Of a DNA stretch of 64,000 bases, positions 22,793 through 31,800 are shown in pieces (position 1 is the first letter of the stretch; every line of letters starts with the position of its first letter). The translations under genes and the position numbers were made by a program. Origin of the DNA: an uncultured Nitrospiraceae bacterium (GTDB lineage: Bacteria; Nitrospirota; Nitrospiria; Nitrospirales; Nitrospiraceae); assembly GCA_963706325.1 (NCBI GenBank), contig CAVPLT010000001.1:256001-320000 (forward strand). Direction: 5' to 3'. Below the pieces are notes generated by a model that was given only the letters and a program-made list of their open reading frames with translations, was not told the DNA's origin and searched no databases.

Positions 22793-23311
22793 CTAAGAAA
22801 ACTCCACCTTCCGACGGGCCAAGGCGATCTGATCAAACTCAATTCTAATGGATTCAGTAGTTTTTTTTTGCTGAACTGCGAGTGTCACGGCACAGTCTTC
22901 AACTTCTACGACTGTTCCGATAAGCCTCCATTGCTCCTGAATCGGCTGACGTAGCTTGAGATTAACGGAATGCCCGGTGAGGCGTCGATAGTCTTGCGGG
23001 CACCGCAACGGACGGTCCACCCCAGGAGACGATACTTCCAGCGTATAGGCATGAGGGAAGGGATCAATCACATCAAGCGCCGGACTCAGCGAGCGGTGCG
23101 CCTGTTCACAATCTGTCAGTGTGACCCCTCCCGGCTTGTCGATAAAAACGCGGATAATAGTCCGCGGGCCTTGGCCCACACAGACCGCCTCGACCAACTC
23201 CAATCCATGGGACTCTAAAATAGGAGCCGCAAGCTCTTGCACACGCAGGTTCAGCGCCTCAGCACGTCTCACCGAGGGCTTACCTGCAGACACTACTTCG
23301 GTTTCACTCAT
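22793..23311 (-). CDS. rimP: Ribosome maturation factor RimP
   Basis: RVFIDKPGG, YTLEVSSPGVDRPL. Upstream of nusA. Confidence 0.95.
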   Translation of the reverse strand: MSETEVVSAGKPSVRRAEALNLRVQELAAPILESHGLELVEAVCVGQGPRTIIRVFIDKPGGVTLTDCEQAHRSLSPALDVIDPFPHAYTLEVSSPGVDRPLRCPQDYRRLTGHSVNLKLRQPIQEQWRLIGTVVEVEDCAVTLAVQQKKTTESIRIEFDQIALARRKVEFS

Positions 23312-23330
23312 AGACAAAAAGAAGCTCAAA

Positions 23331-23355
23331 CAAAAAAGTGGGCCTGGGCCCACTT
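23331..23355 (-). promoter_or_regulatory. rimP-leader-like hairpin with U tract (possible attenuator)
   Basis: Minus strand AAGTGGGCC-CA-GGCCCACTT followed by TTTT, between the promoter and the rimP start. Confidence 0.6.
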
Positions 23356-23366
23356 ACAGCGCGGGA

Positions 23367-23395
23367 ACCATACCATGCCATAATGGTGAAAGCAA
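23367..23395 (-). promoter_or_regulatory. sigma70 promoter of the rimP-nusA-infB operon
   Basis: Minus strand TTGCTT-17 nt-TATGGT. Confidence 0.55.
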
Positions 23396-23402
23396 GGGAC
23401 CG

Positions 23403-24242
23403 CTACGCGATCAATGCGCTCCACCGGGCAGATAAGAGTCGTGACATAGGGCCGGGCCTACCGTCTCCGATCGCTCGTCCATCGACTTCTACCACCGACA
23501 ACACTTCCACGGTCGTCCCAGTCAAAAAGACCTCGGACGCCGTGAGCAAATCTTCCCGACTGACAAAATCTTCGGAAACAGGAAGCCCTTCGTTCCTCGC
23601 CAACTCCAAGACAATCGCACGTGTCACGCCAGACAGAATTTTATTTCCCTCCGGAGCGGTCTGGAGGGCTCCGTTCCGCACCACCACAACATTGCTCACA
23701 GACCCTTCTGTCACCATGCCTCCTCGAATCAAGATCGCCTCGAATGCTCCGGCCTCCTTGGCCCGCTGACGCGCAAGGACATTCGCCAACAGGTTCACAC
23801 TTTTAATGTCGCAGCGTCCCCAACGAATGTCTTCGATCGTCACGGCCTTTACCCCGGCGTCACGGACGGACGCCTCAAGGGGACGAAGCTCGCGAAAGGT
23901 CAGGATCGTGGTCGGCGCGAGATCAAGGGGAAAGGGATGATCGCGTGGAGCTTGCCCCCGGGTAATCTGCAGATAAATTTTGGTTTCTGGAAACCGGCTC
24001 AGCCGGAGACCTTCATCAATCAGCGAGGTCCACTGCGCAGGCTCATGACCAAGAGGAAGCTGTAAGGCCTGCGCGCTCCGCTCAAGACGGGTCAGGTGCG
24101 CTTTGATCGAAAATGGCTGCCCGCGATAGGTGCGAATGACTTCATACACACCGTCACCGAACTGAAATCCACGATCCTCGACATTGATAACCGCGTCAGA
24201 CAGCGAACCAAAGCGGCCGTTTACACAAGCAATGTCAGGCAT
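23403..24242 (-). CDS. dat: Class IV PLP aminotransferase (D-amino-acid transaminase-like)
   Basis: EDRGFQFGDGVYEV, RWGRCDIKSVNLL, EGSVSN, ILSGVTR. Confidence 0.85.
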   Translation of the reverse strand: MPDIACVNGRFGSLSDAVINVEDRGFQFGDGVYEVIRTYRGQPFSIKAHLTRLERSAQALQLPLGHEPAQWTSLIDEGLRLSRFPETKIYLQITRGQAPRDHPFPLDLAPTTILTFRELRPLEASVRDAGVKAVTIEDIRWGRCDIKSVNLLANVLARQRAKEAGAFEAILIRGGMVTEGSVSNVVVVRNGALQTAPEGNKILSGVTRAIVLELARNEGLPVSEDFVSREDLLTASEVFLTGTTVEVLSVVEVDGRAIGDGRPGPMSRLLSARWSALIA

Positions 24243-24270
24243 GACGTCGCGCTCACCGCCTCTATTTTGG

Positions 24271-24603
24271 TCAGGACACGGTCACGTAATAAATCTGCCG
24301 GTCCTCGGCCGTAAATTTCCAGCCCATCCGCTTCTCAAACACCAGTCGGTGAGTCCCGATTGCCGCTGGCTTAAACTCAAACATTCGCTGACCGTTGTCG
24401 ACGGCGTTGTTGCTGGCGATGCGAAGAAAATCGTCCTCGACCAGAGGCATGACAGTGGCATCATAGTTCGGCACCCATTGCTCCCCTCGCGTCCGATCTT
24501 CCCACAGGCGAATGTGAACAAAATCTCCCATTCGCGCCGTGAGCATTTTAGCTCCCGGCTCTCGCTCCGCTCCCGTCGGCATGGCTTTACTTAATGGACT
24601 CAT
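24271..24603 (-). CDS. Chagasin/I42-like beta-sandwich protein
   Basis: Pattern IRL.E..T.G..W ... FEFK...G...L.F..R..W. No signal peptide. Confidence 0.55.
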   Translation of the reverse strand: MSPLSKAMPTGAEREPGAKMLTARMGDFVHIRLWEDRTRGEQWVPNYDATVMPLVEDDFLRIASNNAVDNGQRMFEFKPAAIGTHRLVFEKRMGWKFTAEDRQIYYVTVS

Positions 24604-24639
24604 CTCAGCCTCTTCCAATCCGCATCAATTGTCCATTGA

Positions 24640-24957
24640 TTAAACCTTGCGCCGCCCTCCGACAAAGACCTGGCCTTCGTCGACACGCACATCATAGCTG
24701 CCGACGCAATAGCCACCCCCATCTGTGCCTTGGCCATTTCGAACATCGAATGCCAAGTCATGCCAGGGACAGGAGACGACGTGCCCCTTCACGCGGCCCT
24801 TGTTCAAAGGACCGCCTTCGTGAGGACAAGCATTGTAGATGGCGTGGAAGTGCCCCTCAATATTAAACACCGCGATGGCGCGCTCATTGACTTTTACAAC
24901 CTTGACTTGGCCGGGGGGAATATCCTCGACTTTGGCCACACACTGAAACCCTTCCAT
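24640..24957 (-). CDS. Rieske [2Fe-2S] ferredoxin
   Basis: CPH...CPWH motifs, 105 aa. Confidence 0.92.
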   Translation of the reverse strand: MEGFQCVAKVEDIPPGQVKVVKVNERAIAVFNIEGHFHAIYNACPHEGGPLNKGRVKGHVVSCPWHDLAFDVRNGQGTDGGGYCVGSYDVRVDEGQVFVGGRRKV

Positions 24958-24975
24958 TGAATAACTCCGATTTTC

Positions 24976-25473
24976 TTACATGCGCAGCGTAAATTTGAGC
25001 TCCATTCCCACCGCAATGCTTTCTCGCCTCACATAGCCCGCCTCGGTCTCGATCAAGTAACGAACAGGCTCCGTCGGCGGCCCGTACAGCGGGCAGGGAT
25101 CCTGAGCACAGGAAGGCACCTGCTCCAAGATATGTATCACGTGGCGGCTCTCATCGATCCACAACATATCAACCGGAAAGCGGAACTGCCTAGTCCGAAC
25201 CCTATGCAATCCTGTCGACTCAAAGATATAAAGCATCCCCGTGTCAGGTGGCAATCCTTCGCGGAACGCGAGACCGAACAGCAGCTTCTCGGGCGTGCTG
25301 GCCACCTCGGTTTCCATAGTCTTACCATTCGGAAATTGAACGATGATATCCTCGGACTCCTTCGGACCTCCGAGAAACAGGCTCACACTGATCAGCAAAA
25401 TCACCAAGAGAACGAACGTGACGATTTTCTTGCGTCGCTGGTCTGATTCAGCTCCGCTTGCTCTCTTCACCAT
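24976..25473 (-). CDS. DUF192 family membrane-anchored protein
   Basis: E.A.TP...GL.FR..L....GMLYIF, FPVDMLWID, CPLYGP, YLIE..AG. Confidence 0.85.
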   Translation of the reverse strand: MVKRASGAESDQRRKKIVTFVLLVILLISVSLFLGGPKESEDIIVQFPNGKTMETEVASTPEKLLFGLAFREGLPPDTGMLYIFESTGLHRVRTRQFRFPVDMLWIDESRHVIHILEQVPSCAQDPCPLYGPPTEPVRYLIETEAGYVRRESIAVGMELKFTLRM

Positions 25474-25596
25474 ACGCAAACGCGATCGGACATTGATACA
25501 TCCTCAATTGATCGATCATGCGCAGAGCCGCATGTATATTGGGCCCAAAGCCCCATGACTTTCAGAGCGCTAGGCCTTCTTCCCAGGCTGACTCTG

Positions 25597-25626
25597 TTGA
25601 CTTGCCGAAGAATCGCAGCTTAGAAT
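25597..25626 (+). promoter_or_regulatory. Putative sigma70 promoter for the ferredoxin
   Basis: TTGACT-18 nt-TAGAAT. Confidence 0.5.
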
Positions 25627-25715
25627 GCGATCCTGTTTCGTCACGAACTATGGTCGTGGCGGTACGAAATTGTCAACATCTTATCCGTCATTTAGGAATT
25701 GAGGAGGCACAGGCC

Positions 25716-26063
25716 ATGGCGCTTCTGATCACCGACGAATGTATTTCCTGCGGGGCATGCCTGCCAGAATGTCCCAATGAGGCGATCTTCGAAACACGAG
25801 GCGACGCCGAAGGCAAAGGCAACCATGTGGGCGACGGTCAAGGAGAGGGCGACAATATCTATGTCATTACCCATGATCGTTGCACTGAATGCGTTGGCCA
25901 CTTTGACGAGCCGCAATGTGCGGCGGTGTGCCCAGTGGACAATTGCTGCATCTCAGACCCCGCCTACCCGGAAACGACTGACGTATTGCTTGAAAAGGCC
26001 AAGACGTTGAACCCGGACAAAGAAATTGATCCGGCTAAGATCTGGAGCGGTGTCCGCAATTAA
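25716..26063 (+). CDS. 2[4Fe-4S] ferredoxin, YfhL/AlvinFd type
   Basis: GAGGAGG RBS. Motifs CISCGACLPECP and CTECVGHFDEPQCAAVCP. Confidence 0.93.
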   Translation: MALLITDECISCGACLPECPNEAIFETRGDAEGKGNHVGDGQGEGDNIYVITHDRCTECVGHFDEPQCAAVCPVDNCCISDPAYPETTDVLLEKAKTLNPDKEIDPAKIWSGVRN

Positions 26064-26098
26064 TTAGATCCCCACAATACCCATATGCGCAATGCATC

Positions 26099-26129
26099 GC
26101 GAAGGCTCCTAGGGGAGCCTTCGTTGTTT
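26099..26129 (+). terminator. Intrinsic terminator after the ferredoxin
   Basis: CGAAGGCTCC-TAGG-GGAGCCTTCG followed by TTGTTT. Confidence 0.7.
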
Positions 26130-26305
26130 CGGCGCGTACTCTCGATGGATCTGCAGGAACCCTGCGAAAACAATCACCTGCCTAGCTTTCGCCGGTGGGC
26201 CGCGGTACACTTTAAGAGAAATGGTGCGCACAGCAGGGACGCGGCCACCTTCCCATCATGCGGCCTTGCTCCAGCCTATCTCTCATCCATTGCCTGGAGG
26301 TGCCC

Positions 26306-26641
26306 ATGTTGCGCTTTGCTCCTCTCATTCTGCTTGGCTCTCTTGTCGGTGCTTGCTTTCCAACTCAGATCATCGCCGGCACTGACGATGTCGGTGCGAT
26401 CATTGAGAGCTTTGTCACGACGCAGTTTCCAGATGCGGCCAGTCACTTTTGGGTCGTGAACGAGACGCAATGGGACGGGGATGAGATGGTTGTGGATGTG
26501 GCTGCAATCGTCACCGATCGTCAGCGGACTCAACCTACTGCCAGCCGGTTCCTGCTTTTAATCGTAGCGGGAAACCTCAAAGGATCACAAAGCATCCCGT
26601 TGGACGAGTCCGCAGAATGTAAGCCCGAACAGCAGGTCTGA
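26306..26641 (+). CDS. Small exported hypothetical protein
   Basis: GGAGG RBS before MLRFAPLILLG; hydrophobic N-terminus. Confidence 0.65.
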   Translation: MLRFAPLILLGSLVGACFPTQIIAGTDDVGAIIESFVTTQFPDAASHFWVVNETQWDGDEMVVDVAAIVTDRQRTQPTASRFLLLIVAGNLKGSQSIPLDESAECKPEQQV

Positions 26642-26680
26642 AGCGCAGCAGCCGACGAAATAGTTCCCCGTTCAATACGA

Positions 26681-26716
26681 CAACGCCCCGCCTGCATTGC
26701 TGCAGACGGGGCGTTG
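26681..26716. terminator. Hairpin between convergent genes
   Basis: CAACGCCCCG...CGGGGCGTTG inverted repeat. Confidence 0.65.
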
Positions 26717-26741
26717 CATTGTGCGAACGTATAGCGTTGGA

Positions 26742-27221
26742 TTATTTAAGCATCAAAATTTTGCCGCCGACGTGAGCCGGATGCAAATGACAGCGGTACA
26801 CCAAGGTATTGCCTTGCGTGGCATAGAACATATCGCTTGTCGGAACGCCGATGTATTTGGTCTCTCCTGGCTTCAGTACCACTTCGGCTTTCATCACAAA
26901 TGGTGATCCCTCGTTGGTCAAATCAGTCATCTGGAATCCATGCTCGGCCGTGGAACTATTGGTCACTTTCAGCACGACCGGACGGCCCGGCCGAACCTTA
27001 AAATCGATAATGGTGATTGGCGGATACCAGGCCTTCAAGTTGCCGATTTCCACGGCAAACAATTCGCCATCGACAATCAACTCCTTGAACGGCTGACCGA
27101 CGACCGATCCGGTGTCCAAATCACCGATCTCGACACCGCCGGCTTGCAGCGCATACGCGCCTGACGCCCCGGCCACCAACATGATCAGGCCCAAACACAC
27201 TGCTACCATCGTCTTACCCAT
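26742..27221 (-). CDS. Periplasmic cupredoxin-domain protein (nitrosocyanin-like)
   Basis: AGGAGG RBS and signal peptide (AYA). Motifs VTN....EHGF, LKPGETK, YRCHLHPAHVGG. Confidence 0.8.
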   Translation of the reverse strand: MGKTMVAVCLGLIMLVAGASGAYALQAGGVEIGDLDTGSVVGQPFKELIVDGELFAVEIGNLKAWYPPITIIDFKVRPGRPVVLKVTNSSTAEHGFQMTDLTNEGSPFVMKAEVVLKPGETKYIGVPTSDMFYATQGNTLVYRCHLHPAHVGGKILMLK

Positions 27222-27495
27222 GACCTACCTCCTTAAAGAGATTAAGAAGAGATGCAATTAGGTTGGTGAATTATGACCACCGCGCTCAGTAACCTCTGCC
27301 GGACACCCTGCACGGAGCACAGCTCCACGAATCAAAAATGTCCTAAATAATAGGCTAACGAGGGACACCTTATAGCATACGGATTAAAAAGGAAGCAAGA
27401 AAGTTCTTAGGTATCGATCGCATAGGTTCTTCTAAGTGGAGGGCAGGTAAAAATTCGAGCGAAAGACGTTCGTCTTTCTTTTTAATTTCAATAAA

Positions 27496-29070
27496 TTAGG
27501 GCAATGTTTTCTCTTCTGGGGACATCTCAATTGCATGCGATCCGATCAGCAAATCATAGGGCGTGTAGTCGTCCGTCAATGTCAAACCGGGTGACCAGGG
27601 CTTCGTTCGCCGAGTTGCGAGCAAAGTTATGGCTTCCGGTGGTAACCGTCGCGCTTCGACCTGCGAGTGAATACGCGAAACCATCTTGTCATACGACAGG
27701 CTATCGATTGGACCTCCGCCAAAAAAGATCAAATTCTCGGCTGTCGTTTGATGAGCCCTCCATGGCCCCTTCACGCCAAATGCCTCGATAGTAGGAAATG
27801 CGGTTTTGAGTGTCTGCACGACGGCGCTCGCCCGCTGAAGATCTCCGCCTTCTCCCGACGATGCGAGATTGAGCGCCACGACGCCGTTGGGATTCAGCCG
27901 AGCCCGGAGCTCCGAAAAGAATTCCACCGTCGTCAGATGGAATGGGATGAGATGCCGAGCAAACGCGTCCACCCAAATCACGTCATACGTCGCGTGCGTG
28001 TCTCGCAAGAATACGCGGGCATCTTTGACGAACACATGATGGTTGGCAGGAGGTCGATACTCGAAGTATTGTTCGGCCATCCGCACGACGGCAGGGTCGA
28101 ACTCCACAACGTCCAGTTCCAACTCTGGCCAGACAAGAGCCAACCACTTGGCGAGTGACCCACCCCCATGCCCCAAAATGAGTCCTCGCTTGGGTTCTGG
28201 CGCCAAGGCCACAGCCGCCACCATGAGCTGGCTGTAGGGAAGAAAGAGCGTTGCGGGATCGGAGCGCCACATGACCGCGTGCCATGTTCGGTCAAGAACC
28301 AGATAGCGAAACAGGTCGTCATCGCGGACACGCACTTGCTGGTACGGACTATCCTCCTGATGCACGAGCCCGGACACGGGCGGAGCCTGACCGATCAACT
28401 GCCACGCCAGAACGAGCAAGCCGGCCAGGAGCAGGCCCGCCAGCTTAGTCAATCTTGCGCTTCCTCGCTGCAACCACAATAGGCCAAGCAGAACCTGGAT
28501 CACGCCCAAGGACGCGACAAGCGTCTGAGTTCCCAACCATGAGAGAAGAAAAAACGCCGTCCCCCAGGTCCCCATCAGACTTCCAACCGTGGAAAGAGCA
28601 ATCATGCTACCGGTGTGTCGGCCGAGATACCCCATATCGACCACGGCCAGCCGAAGCAACGCAGGCATGACACCGCTCAATCCGAATGCGGGAGGAGCCA
28701 ACAACACACATGCCGCCAGGCTAGGCCCCCACCGCGGATCCTGAACGGCTTTGGCAACCTGGAAGAGTGCCGGTTGGGCCGTCCAGGACATCAGTAACGT
28801 CCAGGCACCCGACCCAAGGAGGAGCCACGCCAACACCGCCGCAACGCGATACCGATCCGAAGCCCAGCCTCCGAACGCATACCCCGAACTCATGGCGGCC
28901 AGGATGACGCCGATCAACGCACCCCAGACAAATAACGAGTTTCCGAAGACCGGCGCAAGCAAACGGCTCCCCAAGATTTCAAGCGCCATGACAATCGCGC
29001 CGGTCACGAGCGCTGTCATGAGCAAGAAGAGACGTGAGGTGGAATGTTGAACGGGATCTTGTCCCATCAT
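27496..29070 (-). CDS. Fused membrane domain / spermidine synthase-like SAM-dependent protein
   Basis: MALEILGSRLLAPVFG, STVGS..GT, DSPYQ, LGHGGG, VEFDP, VDAF, TDDY.P. Confidence 0.88.
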   Translation of the reverse strand: MMGQDPVQHSTSRLFLLMTALVTGAIVMALEILGSRLLAPVFGNSLFVWGALIGVILAAMSSGYAFGGWASDRYRVAAVLAWLLLGSGAWTLLMSWTAQPALFQVAKAVQDPRWGPSLAACVLLAPPAFGLSGVMPALLRLAVVDMGYLGRHTGSMIALSTVGSLMGTWGTAFFLLSWLGTQTLVASLGVIQVLLGLLWLQRGSARLTKLAGLLLAGLLVLAWQLIGQAPPVSGLVHQEDSPYQQVRVRDDDLFRYLVLDRTWHAVMWRSDPATLFLPYSQLMVAAVALAPEPKRGLILGHGGGSLAKWLALVWPELELDVVEFDPAVVRMAEQYFEYRPPANHHVFVKDARVFLRDTHATYDVIWVDAFARHLIPFHLTTVEFFSELRARLNPNGVVALNLASSGEGGDLQRASAVVQTLKTAFPTIEAFGVKGPWRAHQTTAENLIFFGGGPIDSLSYDKMVSRIHSQVEARRLPPEAITLLATRRTKPWSPGLTLTDDYTPYDLLIGSHAIEMSPEEKTLP

Positions 29071-29133
29071 CGAGGGAAAACCGCCGGGAACACTGGGGCG
29101 AAGCGGCAGCACTCAAGGCAACCCTGCATCATG

Positions 29134-29544
29134 TTATAACGTGCCCCAATTCTTAAAATATCGAAGCAGATCTCGCACGGAAATCATTCCCACTATGCGG
29201 CCTTCTTCGGTCACAACGAGGTGCCTAATTCCTCGCTCAGCCATTACGTCGCTCGCTTCATGCGCCGACTGGGCGATATCAATCGTCATCACCGGCGCGC
29301 TCATCACCGCCCTGGCAGTAACCTGCTCAGCGACGGCGCCACTAGCCATCGCTTTCCGAACGAGGTCCGCCTCACTGACGATTCCCACATAGTCACCTTG
29401 CTCAATAACAAGCAGCGCTCCGACTCGCGCATCTCGTAGCTGCCGCGCTACCGCTAACAAGCTGTCATCCGGATGCACCGTCCGCGTGATGGGACGCATC
29501 ATCATCGCCAAGGGGCGCTGGATGGGCCCGCCAGAAATTGCCAT
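29134..29544 (-). CDS. CBS domain pair protein
   Basis: VGIVSEADL and IVGMISVRDL motifs. Confidence 0.9.
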   Translation of the reverse strand: MAISGGPIQRPLAMMMRPITRTVHPDDSLLAVARQLRDARVGALLVIEQGDYVGIVSEADLVRKAMASGAVAEQVTARAVMSAPVMTIDIAQSAHEASDVMAERGIRHLVVTEEGRIVGMISVRDLLRYFKNWGTL

Positions 29545-29728
29545 TCGCCATCCTCTCCTGCGAAGAGGCCAGAATTCTACTGAAGTGGGCCGCAATCTGC
29601 AATTCTCCCCGCGTCCGAATGAAACGCGCGATTTGATTGCTCGCGCTCGCCCGCGTTGTTATACTCACGACGCTGCACACACACTCACACGAACTTCCCT
29701 CAGCTTTTTTTCAGGAGGAGACGCGTCC

Positions 29729-31048
29729 ATGCATATCAGCGTGATTGGAACGGGTTATGTCGGCCTGGTGACCGGTGCCTGCTTCGCAGAATTCGGCGTG
29801 AACGTGACGTGTATGGACACCGATTCACGCCGCATCGCTAAGCTTGAGAAGGGCGAAGTCCCATTTTTCGAACCGGGCATCACCGAACTTGTCGCCAAAG
29901 GCATCAAAGAAGACCGCCTCCATTTCACCACCGACGTCGCCAAAGCAGTAGACAAAGCGCTCGTCATCTTCATCGCCGTGGGAACCCCTCCGAAATCGGA
30001 CGGATCAGCCGACCTGTCCTATGTCGAGGAAGTCGGGCGCGGGATCGCGAAAAACATGACCGGCTATAAGGTCATTGTCACCAAGTCCACGGTCCCCGTC
30101 GGCACGGGGGAAAAATTGCGTGAAGTTATTAAGGCGAATCAAACCGGCCGATTCCGTTTCGACATCGTCTCGAATCCGGAATTCCTTCGTGAAGGCTCCG
30201 CGATTGAAGACTTCATGCGGCCGAACCGTGTGGTGATCGGCGCGGACAGCGAACAGGCCGTGGCGATCATGAAAGATCTCTATCGCCCGTTGTATCTGCT
30301 GGAAACTCCGGTCGTCGTGACCGATATTCCGACCGCTGAAATGATCAAATACGCCTCCAACGCCTTCCTCGCCGTCAAGATTTCGTTTATCAATGAAATC
30401 GCCACGGTCTGTGAAAAAGTAGGGGCCGACGTGCAAATGGTCTCCAAAGGAATGGGACTGGACAATCGTATCGGAAGCAAGTTCTTGCATGCAGGGCCAG
30501 GATTCGGGGGTTCTTGTTTCCCAAAAGATTTGGCTGCACTCGTCCAGACCGGAGAACGCGTGGGGTACCCGTTTCAGATCGCAGGGGCCGCCGCCAAGGT
30601 GAATTACGAACAGCACCTACGGATGGTCACCAAGATTCAAGAAGCTTGCGGAGGGGTGAAGGGAAAAACCCTCGGTGTGTTGGGACTATCCTTCAAACCC
30701 AATACCAACGACATGCGGGAAGCACCGTCGCTGACGATCTTGAGCGAGTTGATGAAGGACGGCGCGACGATTCGCGCCTATGATCCTGCCTCAATGGAAG
30801 AGTCTACGAAGCTATTACCGGGCATGGTGCCCTGCCAGGATACCTATGACGTGGCAGAAGGCGCCGACGGCCTGATCATCATGACAGAGTGGAACCAGTT
30901 CAGAAATCTCGACTTCGAGCGGTTGAAAAAGTCCATGCGGCAACCACTGCTACTGGATCTACGCAATACCTACGATACCGATCGGGTCGTCGGCTTCGGG
31001 TTCCGCCACATCTCAGTCGGTCGTCCTACTAAGGATCCAGTCGCCTAG
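29729..31048 (+). CDS. ugd: UDP-glucose 6-dehydrogenase
   Basis: GTGYVG, KSTVP, SNPEFLREG, GFGGSCFPKD, FKPNTND. AGGAGG RBS. Confidence 0.95.
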   Translation: MHISVIGTGYVGLVTGACFAEFGVNVTCMDTDSRRIAKLEKGEVPFFEPGITELVAKGIKEDRLHFTTDVAKAVDKALVIFIAVGTPPKSDGSADLSYVEEVGRGIAKNMTGYKVIVTKSTVPVGTGEKLREVIKANQTGRFRFDIVSNPEFLREGSAIEDFMRPNRVVIGADSEQAVAIMKDLYRPLYLLETPVVVTDIPTAEMIKYASNAFLAVKISFINEIATVCEKVGADVQMVSKGMGLDNRIGSKFLHAGPGFGGSCFPKDLAALVQTGERVGYPFQIAGAAAKVNYEQHLRMVTKIQEACGGVKGKTLGVLGLSFKPNTNDMREAPSLTILSELMKDGATIRAYDPASMEESTKLLPGMVPCQDTYDVAEGADGLIIMTEWNQFRNLDFERLKKSMRQPLLLDLRNTYDTDRVVGFGFRHISVGRPTKDPVA

Positions 31049-31069
31049 CCGACGTGCTAGACGTTGCGG

Positions 31070-31780
31070 CTAACTGAGAAGTTTCGCCGCTTCATCCGGT
31101 GCCCCCTCTTTCGGTTTCGGCTTATAGCCCATCCGATCGAGCACCTTCATAATCTTCGTCTTCAGGCGGTCGTCGGCCTCCGCGAGTGCCGTCGCGAGGG
31201 GCTCTACCGCCGGTTTCCCAATCTTTCGAATGATCTCCGTCGCGGATTGACGCACGTCGTCTTCCTCCGAAGCCAACAACGGCACGAGTGACGATACGGC
31301 CGTCCCACCGATCTTAATCAGCGAATCGTAGGCCCGCTGCCGCACATCACCCACTTCGTCGGTGAGCGCGCCCACCAACGGAACCACAGCACGGGGATCT
31401 TTCAACTCGCCGAGGACTTCCGCCGCATATTTTCGATTGAGCCAGTGGGAGTCCTTGAGATCGATCAGCATGGCGTCGGCTTTTTGTGCATTCGGATCCT
31501 TGGCGCGAATCCGGAAGCTCTTCGCGATGCGCTTGCCCCCTTCTTCGACCACACGGATCGTCGCCCCATCGCCGGGCTTGATCTTGAGAAAATCTTCGAG
31601 GGCCTCGTCGCCGACATCCAACACCACGGTCTTGCCGTCGTAGGCGAGGAGTTCGACTTCGAGCTGTTTGGCTTCAGGGTTGACGGCCACGACCCGCTCC
31701 GTCACCAGATTAAAACCATCTTTCTTGGCTCCGCCCTTGGGTCCGATCTGAATCAGTTTTGCCGGTGCTTCATCTGCCAT
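31070..31780 (-). CDS. HEAT-repeat protein with an N-terminal beta-rich (OB-fold-like) domain
   Basis: C-terminal W..RKYAAEVLG..KDPRAV repeats; about 95-aa beta-strand-rich N-terminus. Confidence 0.85.
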   Translation of the reverse strand: MADEAPAKLIQIGPKGGAKKDGFNLVTERVVAVNPEAKQLEVELLAYDGKTVVLDVGDEALEDFLKIKPGDGATIRVVEEGGKRIAKSFRIRAKDPNAQKADAMLIDLKDSHWLNRKYAAEVLGELKDPRAVVPLVGALTDEVGDVRQRAYDSLIKIGGTAVSSLVPLLASEEDDVRQSATEIIRKIGKPAVEPLATALAEADDRLKTKIMKVLDRMGYKPKPKEGAPDEAAKLLS

Positions 31781-31800
31781 AGAAAAGTTCCTTTATCCGG

